Part shown: positions 45,478 to 63,101 of the stretch, piece by piece | Layout: the number at the start of each line of letters is the position of its first letter | Numbering within the stretch: position 1 is the stretch's first letter | Assembly: GCF_964204645.1 (NCBI RefSeq) | Contig: NC_134029.1 | Span: 24,768,534 to 24,832,533 of the forward strand | Direction: 5' to 3' | DNA from: Tubulanus polymorphus | Taxonomy: Eukaryota; Animalia; Nemertea | DNA length: 64,000 nucleotides | Position numbers and translations under genes: made by a program | Notes under the pieces: generated by a model | Databases searched by the model: none | What the model saw: only the letters and a program-made list of their open reading frames with translations | What the model was told of the DNA's origin: nothing

Positions 45478-48315
45478 ATGGTAATTTTTTCATATATCAG
45501 TAAAATACTTTAAACAAATAATAAAATTTGTATATGAAATAAATATTCTGAATCAAAGGATGAAATTTTTAAAGATCGAGTTGTAATTTGTTATTCGCTG
45601 GATCGTTAATTTTATTTACCTTTTGTGCTTTACCCGCGACCCCACTGGGTCCATTGCACTCGTTGACTGCGCGTGCTGCAGTTCGATGATTGTGGGTTCG
45701 AATCCCGATAAATTCTTAGGTCACATGACTATAAAATGGCAGCTCCCTTGTATATTAAATGTTAATTTGGAGATTCAAATTATTTTCATCTCATCTGGTA
45801 GTATTTAAATCACCACCAGAGTTTTGCAATTTAAGATGGCCAGTAGTGAAGAAAAACAGGTTTGAAATATCTCACTCAATCTCAATCAATTGCTTTTTGA
45901 AAACTTTTTCAACATTTTTTTTCGATTCCTTATTTATTTTGCATGTTGATGTTGTTGGATTGCAGAGTTTTGAAGATCTGAAACAGAAAGGCAATGATTG
46001 TGTAAAAGCTGGTAATCATGCTGAGGCTGTATTACATTATACGCACGCGATTAAACTAGAACCAAACAATCATTTACTCTACAGCAATCGATCGCTTGCA
46101 TTTCTGAAAGTCGGTCAGATTTATTACGCTCGAGAAGATGCACTTGAAACAATTCGTCTGCAGCCTCAATGGGCAAAGGTATTTCATATAACTCCCCTCT
46201 CCTCCTCATGGTGGCTAGCTGCTCAGCCTCTCTCTGGTCAGCCCTGTTTTGTTGATAAGATTTTCTCTGGTTCTTGTCATTGCTGTTGAATGTAATTTTC
46301 AGGGTTACTTCAGGAAAGGTGAATCCGAGTTTCAAGCACAGAATTTCCAGGATGCTTTATTTACCTATCGTGTAAGGATTTGATTATTTGCCAGCCTGTC
46401 TATCTGTCCGTCTCTCGCTGTCTATCTGTCTGTCTCTCGCTGTCTATCTATTTGTTCGCTTTCATGAATCTTTGTGTTGAATATTGTTTTCAGCATGCGT
46501 TAATTTTGGAGCCTCAAGACAAGAATATATGGCAAGCGATTAGAAAAACTGATAGTGAACTGACTAAACAAAATAAAAGTAAGTTTATATAAATTTTATG
46601 TAAGTTTTAAGGTGAATCAATTTTCTAATTCATGATGCATAATTTCATTTCCATGCACTGATTGTATATTTAATATCTGGAATTATCTGTGAATGTTTTG
46701 GTTTTAGTTGAAAAGCGTTTACCGTATTATGGAGTTTGTCTTGGATTATTATTTGGTGCATCAATAGTATTATCAGATTCATTTCTAACCAAACAACCCG
46801 CGATACAGGTAACTATTACACACAGTCACCGCTGCTGCTGCTGTAGAAATGTGTTAAGAATGCTTATTTCTTGTTTCAGTATTTATTTCTGAAATGTTTA
46901 CTAGTAGCTGTATTCGGAGGTATTGGTCTAGGATTATCAGTCGCTTATCGTTATTACATCAAAGAACAAAGAAAATCTCTACTACAACCACCACTAGATT
47001 TACTAGCAGGTATTTACACCACTAGATTTACTCGCAGGTATTTACACCACTAGATTTACTAGCAGGTATTTACACCACTAGATTTACTAGCGGGTATTTA
47101 CACCACTAGATTTACTAGCGGTTATTTACACCACTAGATTTACTAGCGGGTATTTACACCACTAGATTTACTAGCAGGTGTTCACACCACTAGATTTACT
47201 AGCAGGTATTCACACCACTAGAGTTACTAGCGGGTATTTACACCACTAGATTTACTAGCAGGTGTTCACACCACTAGATTTACTAGCAGGTATTCACACC
47301 ACTAGATTTACTAGCGGGTATTTACACCACTAGATTTACTAGCGGGTATTTACACCACTAGATTTACTAGCGGGTTTTTACACCACTAGATTTACTAGCA
47401 GGTATTTACACCACTAGATTTACTAGCAGGTATTTACACCACTAGATTTACTAGCGGGTATTTACACCGCTAGATTTACTAGCAGGTATTTACACCACTA
47501 GATTTACTAGCAGGTATTCACACCACTAGATTTACTAGCAGGTATTCACACCACTAGATTTACTAGCAGGTATTTACACCACTAGATTTACTAGCAGGTA
47601 TTTACACCACTAGATTTACTAGCAGGTATTCACACCACTAGATTTACTAGCAGGTATTTACACCACTAGATTTACTAGCAGGTATTTACACCACTAGATT
47701 TACTAGCGGGTATTTACACCACTAGATTTACTAGCAGGTATTCACACCACTAGATTTACTAGCAGGTATTTACACCACTAGATTTACTAGCAGGTATTCA
47801 CACCACTAGATTTACTAGCAGGTATTCACACCACTAGATTTACTAGCAGGTATTTACACCACTAGATTTACTAGCAGGTATTCACACCACTAGATTTACT
47901 AGCAGGTATTTACACCACTAGATTTACTAGCAGGTATTTACACCACTAGATTTACTAGCAGGTATTTACACCACTAGATTTACTAGCAGGTATTTACACC
48001 GCAGCCCAGCGACGTTCTTTGACTGCCAACATTTAATGTCAACCATTTACTGCGGGTGTTTAGTATTAACCTATCTCTGTCGGCCGGTGTTTAGTGTTAA
48101 CATATCTCAGTCTGCCGGTATTTAGTGTTATGGGTTTTATTTCAGAATTGAACGGTGATAAGAATAATGAGGGATCAAATACAGTCGGCAATCGTAATAA
48201 GAGATCAACAACTCGTGGAGGAGGAGAGGAGAGTGGAGGGAAGGAGGAAAAACATCCTAAACGTAAAGGAGGAGCTTCAGCCGGACGTCTTCGGTTCAAA
48301 AAGGGCAAATCTTAA
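45478..48315 (+). CDS. TPR-repeat (STI1-like) protein with two C-terminal hydrophobic helices and basic tail, 7 exons
   Basis: ATG-only exon 45478-45480, then LKQKGNDCVK, YSNRSLAFLK, PQWAKGYFRKGE; TM-like YGVCLGLLFGASIVL and LLVAVFGGIGLGLSV; last exon 48146-48315 in phase. Confidence 0.85.
46989..48001. repeat. 28-bp tandem repeat containing a splice donor
   Basis: Unit CACCACTAGATTTACTAGCAG|GTATTTA, ~36 copies; the first copy is the exon end. Confidence 0.95.
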
Positions 48316-48501
48316 AATCGCCCTCCATAAGACACTAGTGACACCTGTCGATAGACACTAAAACTAATTAGTCCAATGTTATACAATGTTGTAAAGAAAT
48401 TTAAATTATTATTAAATAAATTTATACGTTTAGTTAAGTGTTTGATTGTATTAAGCAGGCAGCTAGCTTCCCCGTAAATCAGTCAGCCAGGCAGCTACTC
48501 A

Positions 48502-49690
48502 GTCAGGGTACCGGGAGAGTACCACCACGTCAGGGTACCGGAAGAGCACCACCACGTCAGGGTACCGGGAGAGTACCACCACGACAGGGTACCGGGAGAG
48601 TACCACCACGTCAGGGTACCGGGAGAGTACCACCACGTCAGGGTACCGGGTGAGTACCACCACGTCAGGGTACCGGGAGAGTACCACCACGTCAGGGTAC
48701 CGGGAGAGTACCACCACGTCAGGGTACCGGGAGAGTACCACCACGTCAGGGTACCGGGAGAGTACCACCACGTCAGGGTACCGGGAGAGTACCACCACGT
48801 CAGGGTACCGGGAGAGTACCACCACGTCAGGGTACCGGGAGAGTACCACCACGACAGGGTACCGGGAGAGTACCACCACGTCAGGGTACCGGGAGAGTAC
48901 CACCACGTCAGGGTACCGGGAGAGTACCACCACGTCAGGGTACCGGGAGAGTACCACCACGACAGGGTACCGGGAGAGTACCACCACGTCAGGGTACCGG
49001 GAGAGTACCACCACGTCAGGGTACCGGGAGAGTACCACCACGACAGGGTACCGGGAGAGTACCACCACGTCAGGGTACCGGGAGAGTACCACCACGTCAG
49101 GGTACCGGGAGAGTACCACCACGTCAGGGTACCGGGAGAGTACCACCACGTCAGGGTACCGGGAGAGTACCACCACGTCAGGGTACCGGGAGAGTACCAC
49201 CACGTCAGGGTACCGGGTGAGTACCACCACGTCAGGGTACCGGGAGAGTACCACCACGTCAGGGTACCGGGAGAGTACCACCACGACAGGGTACCGGGAG
49301 AGTACCACCACGTCAGGGTACCGGGAGAGTACCACCACGTCAGGGTACCGGGAGAGTACCACCACGACAGGGTACCGGGAGAGTACCACCACGTCAGGGT
49401 ACCGGGAGAGTACCACCACGTCAGGGTACCGGGTGAGTACCACCACGTCAGGGTACCGGGAGAGTACCACCACGACAGGGTACCGGGAGAGTACCACCAC
49501 GTCAGGGTACCGGGAGAGTACCACCACGTCAGGGTACCGGGAGAGTACCACCACGACAGGGTACCGGGAGAGTACCACCACGTCAGGGTACCGGGAGAGT
49601 ACCACCACGTCAGGGTACCGGGAGAGTACCACCACGTCAGGGTACCGGGAGAGTACCACCACATCAGGGTACCGGGAGAGTACCACCACA
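48502..49690. repeat. 27-bp intergenic minisatellite, ~44 copies
   Basis: Unit GTCAGGGTACCGGGAGAGTACCACCAC between the convergent 3' ends of the TPR gene and ETFA. Confidence 0.97.
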
Positions 49691-49828
49691 TCCAGTATAA
49701 AGAACATCAGAAGTGAATTTCATTGATAAAGAGTTAATTTATTTTAGTTCACATACAAACTGAACATTAATCTATTCTAATTATTTATAATACAGTCAAT
49801 CAAATTGTGTCTAATTCACACAGAGTTT

Positions 49829-52619
<2,791 letters not shown>

Positions 52620-52969
52620 CTCGCGGCTGAGCTCGAATAGTTGATCGTTAGTAAATCAAGGCGGTATTAAACTAGTTTAAGAGAGGCGACGAAACTGGAG
52701 AAATCTGGATTGATTTTACATAATCCAGTTCATACTCGTTCTCAGGACGCAGAGTATGGTTGTCTTAAAACACGGATAAGGACTTCGTCCGTTCCGGATT
52801 TTACTTCATTTAAAATACCTAATTTCTATTAAAAATACAATATCGCTCTGCTTTGATTGCTTGTATCAAATTGTGGAGGGAATGAAATAATTCATAATTA
52901 AATACTCGACTTCAAAACGTTTTAAATCGAGTGCTGCCCTCTATCGGTCTTTCACATACATCGGTCAAA

Positions 52970-54951
<1,982 letters not shown>

Positions 54952-56032
54952 ACTCTGTATCAAGTTTAATAAAAACAACTACATGTAAGAGATGAAATGA
55001 TATTCTTTATTTCAATAATCTTGAAGTCGTTTCTTTTCCTGCGCTACTGATCGGTTATCACTACAAGATTCCCTCAAGGATTGGTTCGGTTTTCACTACA
55101 TGAAAACTCCCTTCAGTTATCACTACAAGATTCCTTCTGGGACTGGCTCTGTTTTCACCACGGTTCTCACTAGGACTGGATCGAAGCCAGAATATGACTA
55201 GGCGGTTAATCAGGATAAAACGATAGGATACCGCGTTTACAAAAGACTGGTTGCGATAGGGACCGGTAACCAGTCTAGGTCGACTGCCTCCAGCGCGAAC
55301 GCAGTAAGGGTTGCTCCGAGAATTTTCAGATACGGCGAATGAGGAACGAATGATGGTCGAATTAGCCCTAGGAAAAAGATCGTAAGTCTTTCCTTACCTA
55401 GGAATTAATTTGTCATTAATTCGACCATTGGACAATATTCGAGAAATTAGTAAATTGATTAATGCAGAATGTGTACAATTTGAATTTGCATAATTCCTGA
55501 GTATTTTTCATTCATATTCTAAACATGTCTGTATTTGATCGTACTATGCAAGTATTTGTACAGTACACTCGTATATTGTCCTCGTTCTGCCGGTAAAATG
55601 TTTTTAAAGATAATTGACCCAAATCGTCTGCACACATATTTCACCCGTCAATACAATATGTATTTTACACTAACGTTCACTTCACATATATTTCACGCTT
55701 CGATGAGTTTCAGTTAACTGTATTTTTAATGCATTAATTGCAATTCCATTTTATTTGAATAGTAGACAAAACCTGTCTATAAAACGGGCAACACGACGGG
55801 AACAGTAGTAAGCCAGGCACTCACAACACGACGGGAACAGTATTACGCCATATTAGGAATACGATTCTTGATAACTGGAATTCTTACGTAAATCGAGTGG
55901 TTTTGCTGTTTTTGGAATATTGATGTTCAGTACCTGGGACCATGTTCGAATAAGATATATTCTATAAAGTGAAACCCATCAGAGAAATTTAGATATAAGC
56001 GAATGTTTTTTTTTTAAAAGGAAACTAAAATC

Positions 56033-59000
56033 ATGAACGGATCATCAGTGGATTATTTGGAGCGATTGGAACTGGCTAAGGCGTCATTACAGGATTTATC
56101 AGACAGCGCTCGAGGGGTCGAGATTTTAGAACCTCGCAAACTTAAAACGCAACTTACTGAACATCTGAATAATATAAACGAATCATTGAAATATGTGAAT
56201 GAAATTTTAGTCTCAACTGAAACAGTATTTCAGAATCTCATTGATTTACAGCAAGTTCTACTCGACCGCATTGTACAAGGTATTTTCTAATTGCTAAGGC
56301 TAAACAAAAATGATACCTTGTTTCTCCGCGGCGGCCGGGTCATTTTGTAAAACATAATAAAATTTGTAAGCTTCTCATTTCTATAGCGGCCGGGTCTGTT
56401 ATGGTAAAATTGATCACGATTTAAAAAAAAGGTAATTCATAGGGTAGATAGGCGGCCGGCCGGGTCAACAGCAGATCGGAGAAACAAGGTATCAATTTTT
56501 TCTAGCCCAGCGTTCGCAGTGTTTGATCACATTAAACAAATTTTCACGTGAAATCAGATTCATACGTTTTATGTTTATAGCATTTAATTGTTGGTACATT
56601 ACTTTTACATTCAATTTGATTCAAATGTTTTGAAGTAATAGAATAAATATTCAAATACATCCTAAAAAACCCTCTTACGATCTACATGTGCTACAAGCGA
56701 ATGTACGAATTAAGATAAAACCCATACCCAGGCACTAGATAATTTGAGCTTTCTAAAATATTCTAAATCTTTAGAAACAACCAACTCAAATATTTCATAA
56801 ATTCTGAAACAATTTTTATTCATAATTCTGAAATTGTAGAAGGTAAAATACGGGAGCCTGCATTAGAGAATATTCGAGATCAGTTGGTTCACTCCACAAC
56901 TGCTCTGATGCCGTTAGTTTTTCCCTTATCTCAAAAAGCTGGTGAAATAATGACGAATCTACACGAATCGTGGCAGAGAAATATTCTGCACAGAGATCTA
57001 CAGGTGCTCTCGTCTGCTGCTGCTGCTGGGGATGAAGGAACTCGATACCGGAATCATTATGAACTATTCGAGGACGAGATGAAGAAGAATTCCTCCTCCT
57101 CGTCATCAATGGTTGAATCGTACTCGAGCTCTACAGTGAGACGTCTTAGCTGGCCGGAAACCCGTCTAACATTGATCGATAAATGGACGGCAACATCCAC
57201 CGCGAAACAAGTCAAAAGATCGAACAACACAAAAGACATCATGTAAGTGTTTGTTAATTGATAAGGATGTTTTTGGACCCGGGGTTGAGTTTTTGGACCC
57301 GGGGCTGAGTTTTTGGACCTGGGGGTGAGTTTTTGGACCCAGGCCTCCAGTGCTCATGTTTTTCTCATTCTTAATAATTCAAAATCCGAAGTTTTTATAT
57401 TTCTAACATTGGAGCCAATCCTAAAACTAAACACCGTCTTGGACAATACGTGAAGACTGGGTCCTAGAGTTTGAGCTCCAGGATCCAAGAAAAAAAATGT
57501 TACAGCTGGTAATGTTAGTGAATAGAGTCGCCACACCGACTAGACTTACCAGACAATCTAACACGGCTAATAGTCGCTAGTGTCGGTCTAGTGGTCAGTG
57601 CGCTTGGCAGCTATGCTGGATTCCGGAGTTCGAATCCTGCCAGGGTTTTGCCTATTTGTGGGCCCGATTACCTTTTTGATGACAGAATTTCACCTCTTTA
57701 GGTTAAAAAACTTTTAAAGAAAATTAAAGACTGCTCTTGTAGATTCCTGGCTTCTGGCACGAATTTCGTTCATCATGATATTTCATATTTTAATCAGATT
57801 CAAGATGGCCGATAACGATGATGTCTGTTGCGTCATACGAACTCCGACTTCTGATTTTTATGTCGATGATTTTCATTGCGAGCAACGGGAAATCATAACG
57901 GCTAACTCACTTCCGGTGAATGCATCATTGTGCAGTAAAATAGTTCGGGTCACGAGTACTCTTACTCAACTAGATTACACCGATCAACATCAGGTATTGT
58001 TTTGATTAGTTTGAATCTAAGATTAAATCAATTTTATTGCAGCGAATTTATAAACATATATAAGTATTTAATCCATTTTGCTTTAATCCAAGGCTCGGCG
58101 CATTTACAAGATAAGAATTTTGTGGTTTTACAGTTGGCAACAAATGTGTATGAATTTGAATCTAAAACCGCTTTGAATTCGTGAAACTAGAAGAACAATG
58201 TTAGATTGACGCATAACTCTCAGAGCTACTCAAGTAACAAGTAATTCTAACACAGCTTGTGAAATGTTGAGATGATTATAGTGTGTTCTGTAGCAGTAGT
58301 TTGAAGGATACATTCTAACCTATAATTTGAGGGAAGCAGTCACTACACAGATTGTCGCGTCAAACAGTTCTGTTCTTGTCATGTATAATTTTACCGCTAT
58401 CACCACTACAACTCGTAGAATATACCGCACTGCTGTGAAGAGACCGGATTATATCATAGCTTTCCATAGGTTCATTCACTTACTTTACGACTATACTAGA
58501 ACATTCAAGTACGTTTTCTTACTTCCGCCGGGAAGTGTGCTTAACTTTCTGACAATAATTTTACTGATAAAGTGTCGCAGATATCAGTCAGTTCGTTACA
58601 CGTTCCCCTATCTCATAACTCTCGCGTTTTCAGATCAACTTGTCGTCTTGTTTCAGTTACAGAAATTCCCTGAATATTTGAAAGACTTGGTAGTTTATGA
58701 TCTAGGATTTTATAGAGAATGTCGCGCTACTTATCTGACATTCGCTAAACACAGTAAACTATGTCCATCACTTTACTATTTCTATTACTATTTCCGCTAT
58801 CTGCCCAGACGATTGTTTCCTTCGTGTGCTTTTTCAAACCTATTTTATGACCAGGCAATATCTGTATCAAACTACATAGTTATAGTGATTGCTATCGAGA
58901 GATTTGTTTCTATTCGTTTTCCTTTCTTTCACATGAAACATTTCACCGTCACTCGGCGTAAAATAGCAGTAGGTTTTGTCATCTTCTGGGCGTATTTTAT

Positions 59001-60439
59001 GAACTTGGATTCAGCAATTATGCACAATCGTATATATCTCAGTAAATTTCGCAGATATAATGAAACATTTGATCATTTTAAATGTGCTATGACATTGTAT
59101 TATCCAACTATATGGTCAATACACGCCCTTAATGCTGGAAGAACATTTTTACAAGATATCTTTCCTTCTGTAATGATTGTAATATTATCAGTGTTAACTG
59201 CTGCATTACGCAATAAGAGATCTGAGATGAGAGCGAAGAGAACAGATCGTCATCAATCTTCAGCCAGTAAAACTCTTCTAGTTGTAGTTATGGTGTATAT
59301 TTTACTAGTTTTCCCACATGCGTTTTGTAAATTTATCGAAGACTCAATGTCCTTCATTAAGCATTTTTTGTTTGTAAATCACGGTATACGGATAAACTCC
59401 CCTATATTGAAGTTCTACATGTTTACTTTATGGAGTAAGTTGGCCGAATTTGTATTCGACACATTACGACAATTTGTGTTCTGTGTTAATTTCTTTATAT
59501 ACATCGGAACATTGAAAGTTTTCAGGCATCAATTTATTAAATTATTTACTGATCGTTTATGTTGTAAAATGAATGAGTCAAATCAGAATCAAACCTGAAT
59601 TTAGATTCTTACATCGGGCGCCATCTGGTGTTGTTTTAATGAACCGGGCGGCCATCTGATGTTGTATTAATGAACCGGGCGCCGTCTGGTGTTGGTTTTA
59701 TGAACAGTTTCACCAATAAATAACAATCATTTTAAATCTCATTTATAATTTAATTGTGTCTCACTCATTTTAAACCTTAACACATTGAAGCTTAAATTCA
59801 ACGGATTCAAATAAAAAAGCGGATCCTCAAATTAAACTCGTACCTGGGGTCAATCTGTACTCACACAGATGCGGAAACAGAAAGAAGTTAAACCAATGAT
59901 GAGTAAATCATGATTGAATCATACAGTATAGAATTATATATGAATATAGATTGAATTGTGTTTATAGTTTGAGGTGTTTATACCGGTGAAACAATGTCAT
60001 ACACTATTAGAAGGAAGACGGATTAATCTATGGACTCAATTCACTGATGTGATCGGTCGTAGAGAAACTAACGTTTCTGAATCATCGACTTCAACAAACA
60101 ACGGAAATAATCCGGTAGGTACTCGCTTGCCGGGGCTCACTTTGATCTTGGAGTATCATTGCAATGATTTCTCCAAGCTGTGATTGTCTTAAAGCCGTTT
60201 TGTAGTGTCAGCGGAATCCGATAGATGGCGAACTCGTATATGGCGGTAGAATTTAATAACAAGTTTATATATGGTGTGTATTTCAGGGTCATTTACGGAT
60301 GGCTCGATATTGTTTACCGCCGTTTAAAAGACTTGTTCTATGCGCGTACAGCATTCCTGCCACACATTCAAAAATCGGTGAGAATTTACTGACAAGAGAC
60401 GAAGAAGAGAGAACGAGACGTTTATCATTCGTGGCTCCC

Positions 60440-60470
<31 letters not shown>

Positions 60471-60910
60471 GTTCGAATAGTTCACCGCGTGGTGAATCTG
60501 ATTCATTTACAAACAACACTTTATCAACAACACACGACACGAGTTCAATATCTGATAAACCGATTATCACTATCTCAAAACAACCTCAACAAATCAACTC
60601 AACCTGGGATATAATCGAACAATTATTGGCGTCGTCACCAGGGGTACAACGTAAATGGAGGAGTTTGTTCCGTCGTGTTGGTTTACGTTCCAGTGAAATC
60701 GCGACTCTCTACCACGAGAACTGTCACGTTGGAATGTGCGCCGTCGTCGCTAAAGCGGTTTCACTGTGGAGACAAAACGCGTGTAATGTTGATATATCTG
60801 AAACGTGTGGACGACTTTACAGCGCGTTAATACGTGTTCAACTCAATAAAACAGCGTGTACGTTGTTAACCCACTCGCTGCTCGCTCGATTTAATATCAT
60901 CGCTTCCTAA
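56033..60910 (+). CDS. Uncharacterised protein with ZU5-like central region and C-terminal death-domain-like region, 5 coding exons
   Basis: Phase-consistent exons 56033-56279, ~56840-57242, 57798-57993, 59968-60114, 60287-60910; KWRSLFRRVGLRSSEIATL..LWRQ..LYSALIRV resembles a death fold. Domain calls are by eye. Confidence 0.65.
56298..56507. mobile_element. MITE
   Basis: TIR GGCTAAACAAAAATGATACCTTGTTTCTCC / GGAGAAACAAGGTATCAATTTTTTCTAGCC. Confidence 0.7.
57583..57648 (+). mobile_element. tRNA-derived head fragment
   Basis: GGTCTAGTGG A-box-like and GGAGTTCGAATCC B-box; similar layout to the 3294 and 7948 copies. Confidence 0.45.
58381..59598 (+). CDS. Intronless class-A (rhodopsin-like) GPCR, peptide-receptor/chemoreceptor-like
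   Basis: Seven hydrophobic segments; N-terminal NFT sequon, GSVLN, YLITLAFSD, IAIERFVSIRFP, LLVFPHA, VNFFIY; ATG 58381; AATAAA at ~59715. Confidence 0.9.
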   Translation: MYNFTAITTTTRRIYRTAVKRPDYIIAFHRFIHLLYDYTRTFKYVFLLPPGSVLNFLTIILLIKCRRYQSVRYTFPYLITLAFSDQLVVLFQLQKFPEYLKDLVVYDLGFYRECRATYLTFAKHSKLCPSLYYFYYYFRYLPRRLFPSCAFSNLFYDQAISVSNYIVIVIAIERFVSIRFPFFHMKHFTVTRRKIAVGFVIFWAYFMNLDSAIMHNRIYLSKFRRYNETFDHFKCAMTLYYPTIWSIHALNAGRTFLQDIFPSVMIVILSVLTAALRNKRSEMRAKRTDRHQSSASKTLLVVVMVYILLVFPHAFCKFIEDSMSFIKHFLFVNHGIRINSPILKFYMFTLWSKLAEFVFDTLRQFVFCVNFFIYIGTLKVFRHQFIKLFTDRLCCKMNESNQNQT

Positions 60911-62978
60911 TTTACATATTTAGATGCATCTTAATGTGTTTTCAGACCGTTTGATGGCGCTGTTACGACGCTTAAACGCAAACGATGAAGATGACGATCA
61001 GTATGACGTTGATAATGAAAATGACGATACCGAATTCGACGAAACGATTTCATTCGACTACAACATTCGACATAATTCAACTCTGTAAAAATTGAGACGG
61101 TATCGACAAGAAATGTAACTGTAATTTGAAACAAACTGTATTTTACATTGTGACCTTGGTGGAGGTCATTTAAGTATATTTGAAAAGAGTTTCTAAGTGT
61201 ATGAAAATCTGGAAATATAGAAATAGATTTAGAGATGAATTAGAAATTATTAGAATCGTCAGTAACAATGTATAATGTAGTCTTAACGAGGGGGGTAGAC
61301 TTTGACCGCATTCGACACCAGAGGGAGCGTCCTACAGCAAGCGGAAATAGATGGAACCACGCCCTCTATACAAACTGATAAACCACGTGTTTTGGCGTCC
61401 ATATTTTCTTGAATTTATTTGATTTCAAAAATATATAACATTTTTTCTCTAGTTTTAACACATACATTTATATCATTCACATAACAGAAACTTAAAGGAA
61501 AATCAATAATGTAACAGGAAGATTATGTAACCATGGGTACTTTAATCGTTAATCTGTCTTAAACCAAGGAGAAAATTTAAACGGATTCAATATCGCTTAC
61601 GACTCGTTGAGTCACGTGGTGGGTACACAGTAAAAAATGACGTCATACATTTTGCGTATTACGTCATTATACTACGCGACATAGTCACACATATATCATG
61701 GCAGCCATATTTGATATTAGACATTTATACAAATAATGCGTGAAATTCAAAAGAAACCAATGATAAGACAGTAAAACATTGAATATAGAAATAAATCATC
61801 AGGGACGATACTCTAAAAAATCAATAATAACTCTGTCTGTTAACTTAACTTACATTTAAAATAAACATCGAAAATAATGAACTGAATATTTGTATAGAGA
61901 AGCTATCGTCCCGGGTTCGAATGTTTATCAGATATTAATCTCTGTATAGGATATTTCAGCGAGTTAGGAAGACAACATAATCTAGAGAATGTAAATATTA
62001 ATTAATCAATATCTCATTTATTAATGACGTATAATTAATAAAAGATTATTATGATTATCATTATTACTATAATTTTCATTATTGTCTGGGGTCGCGTTTC
62101 ACCAAGACCAAGCGTCTGATGTGGTTACACTAGGATCGTAGAGCGACGGAGATCTCTGTGGAGACAACCGCTGCCAGTGCTGGGTGAAAGGTCGCGTCAG
62201 AGTCAAATACAAAACTAAACTAAACAAAACGTGAGTTTTTTAATATCACAGTCAATAATCTATTAGATAAATTTCGTTTTGAATGTTGTCCATGAGTGGG
62301 GTGAAAATTAATATCTAACCGCTTATATAGATTTAAATACATCGTATGTTTGGTATCGATGTTTGATCCGGTGCCAAAACAATGATGTAATATTCACATT
62401 TTGAAGCGGGTCTTAATTTCAAACAGATCCTTATTAAAAACTTATGTAAAAATGAATTCATTATTAGCGTTAACGAAACCAAATTTATTAAAACTGGACA
62501 AAATTCTTTTCTCGAAGAAAAATAAATTTCGAATTTATATTTTTACTCGTTATCTGATGTAAATGTGATTGTAAATCTTATTTCAATAAATGCAGCTTGA
62601 TCCAGTCTCATTGAACTTGCGTTGTATTATTCGATGACCGATAGTTATTTTCGGGAGTTCCTTATTTTCGTCGATTTGACGCTTTGAGGTCAGGATAACC
62701 TGAGTCTCTGGAATATTTCTATGGATATTGCGTCATCATTTTTACGGGTTGAAATATCCAAGTCAACACAATGAATACACATATACATATATATATATAT
62801 ATATTTATACGCGGCGATGGAATGGTTCGTAATGTAATTATTTGATAAGATCATTGGAATATGGCAAGTATTTGAACTGGGATAAATCACACATTTGGTA
62901 TATTATAATTTCACTACACTTTACACGTGTTTGTTGTTATTGAAGGTAGATTTCGGGGGAATTTTTAAATCAATCAAA

Positions 62979-63101
62979 TTGCTGTGTAGTTTCCACAGTT
63001 TCAATACGATCCCTCGTTATTGCTGTGTAGTTTCCACAGTTTCAATACGATCCCTCGTTATTGCTGTGTAGTTTCCACAGTTTCAATACGATCCCTCGTT
63101 A
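62979..63101. repeat. 41-bp tandem triplication at the end of the acidic ORF
   Basis: Unit TTGCTGTGTAGTTTCCACAGTTTCAATACGATCCCTCGTTA x3. Confidence 0.95.

Noticed and set aside
48495-49726. Three 358-402 aa ORFs (e.g. mucin-like STTTSGYRE repeat)
   Set aside because: By-products of a 27-bp minisatellite that is stop-free in several frames; no flanking unique coding sequence or splice context.
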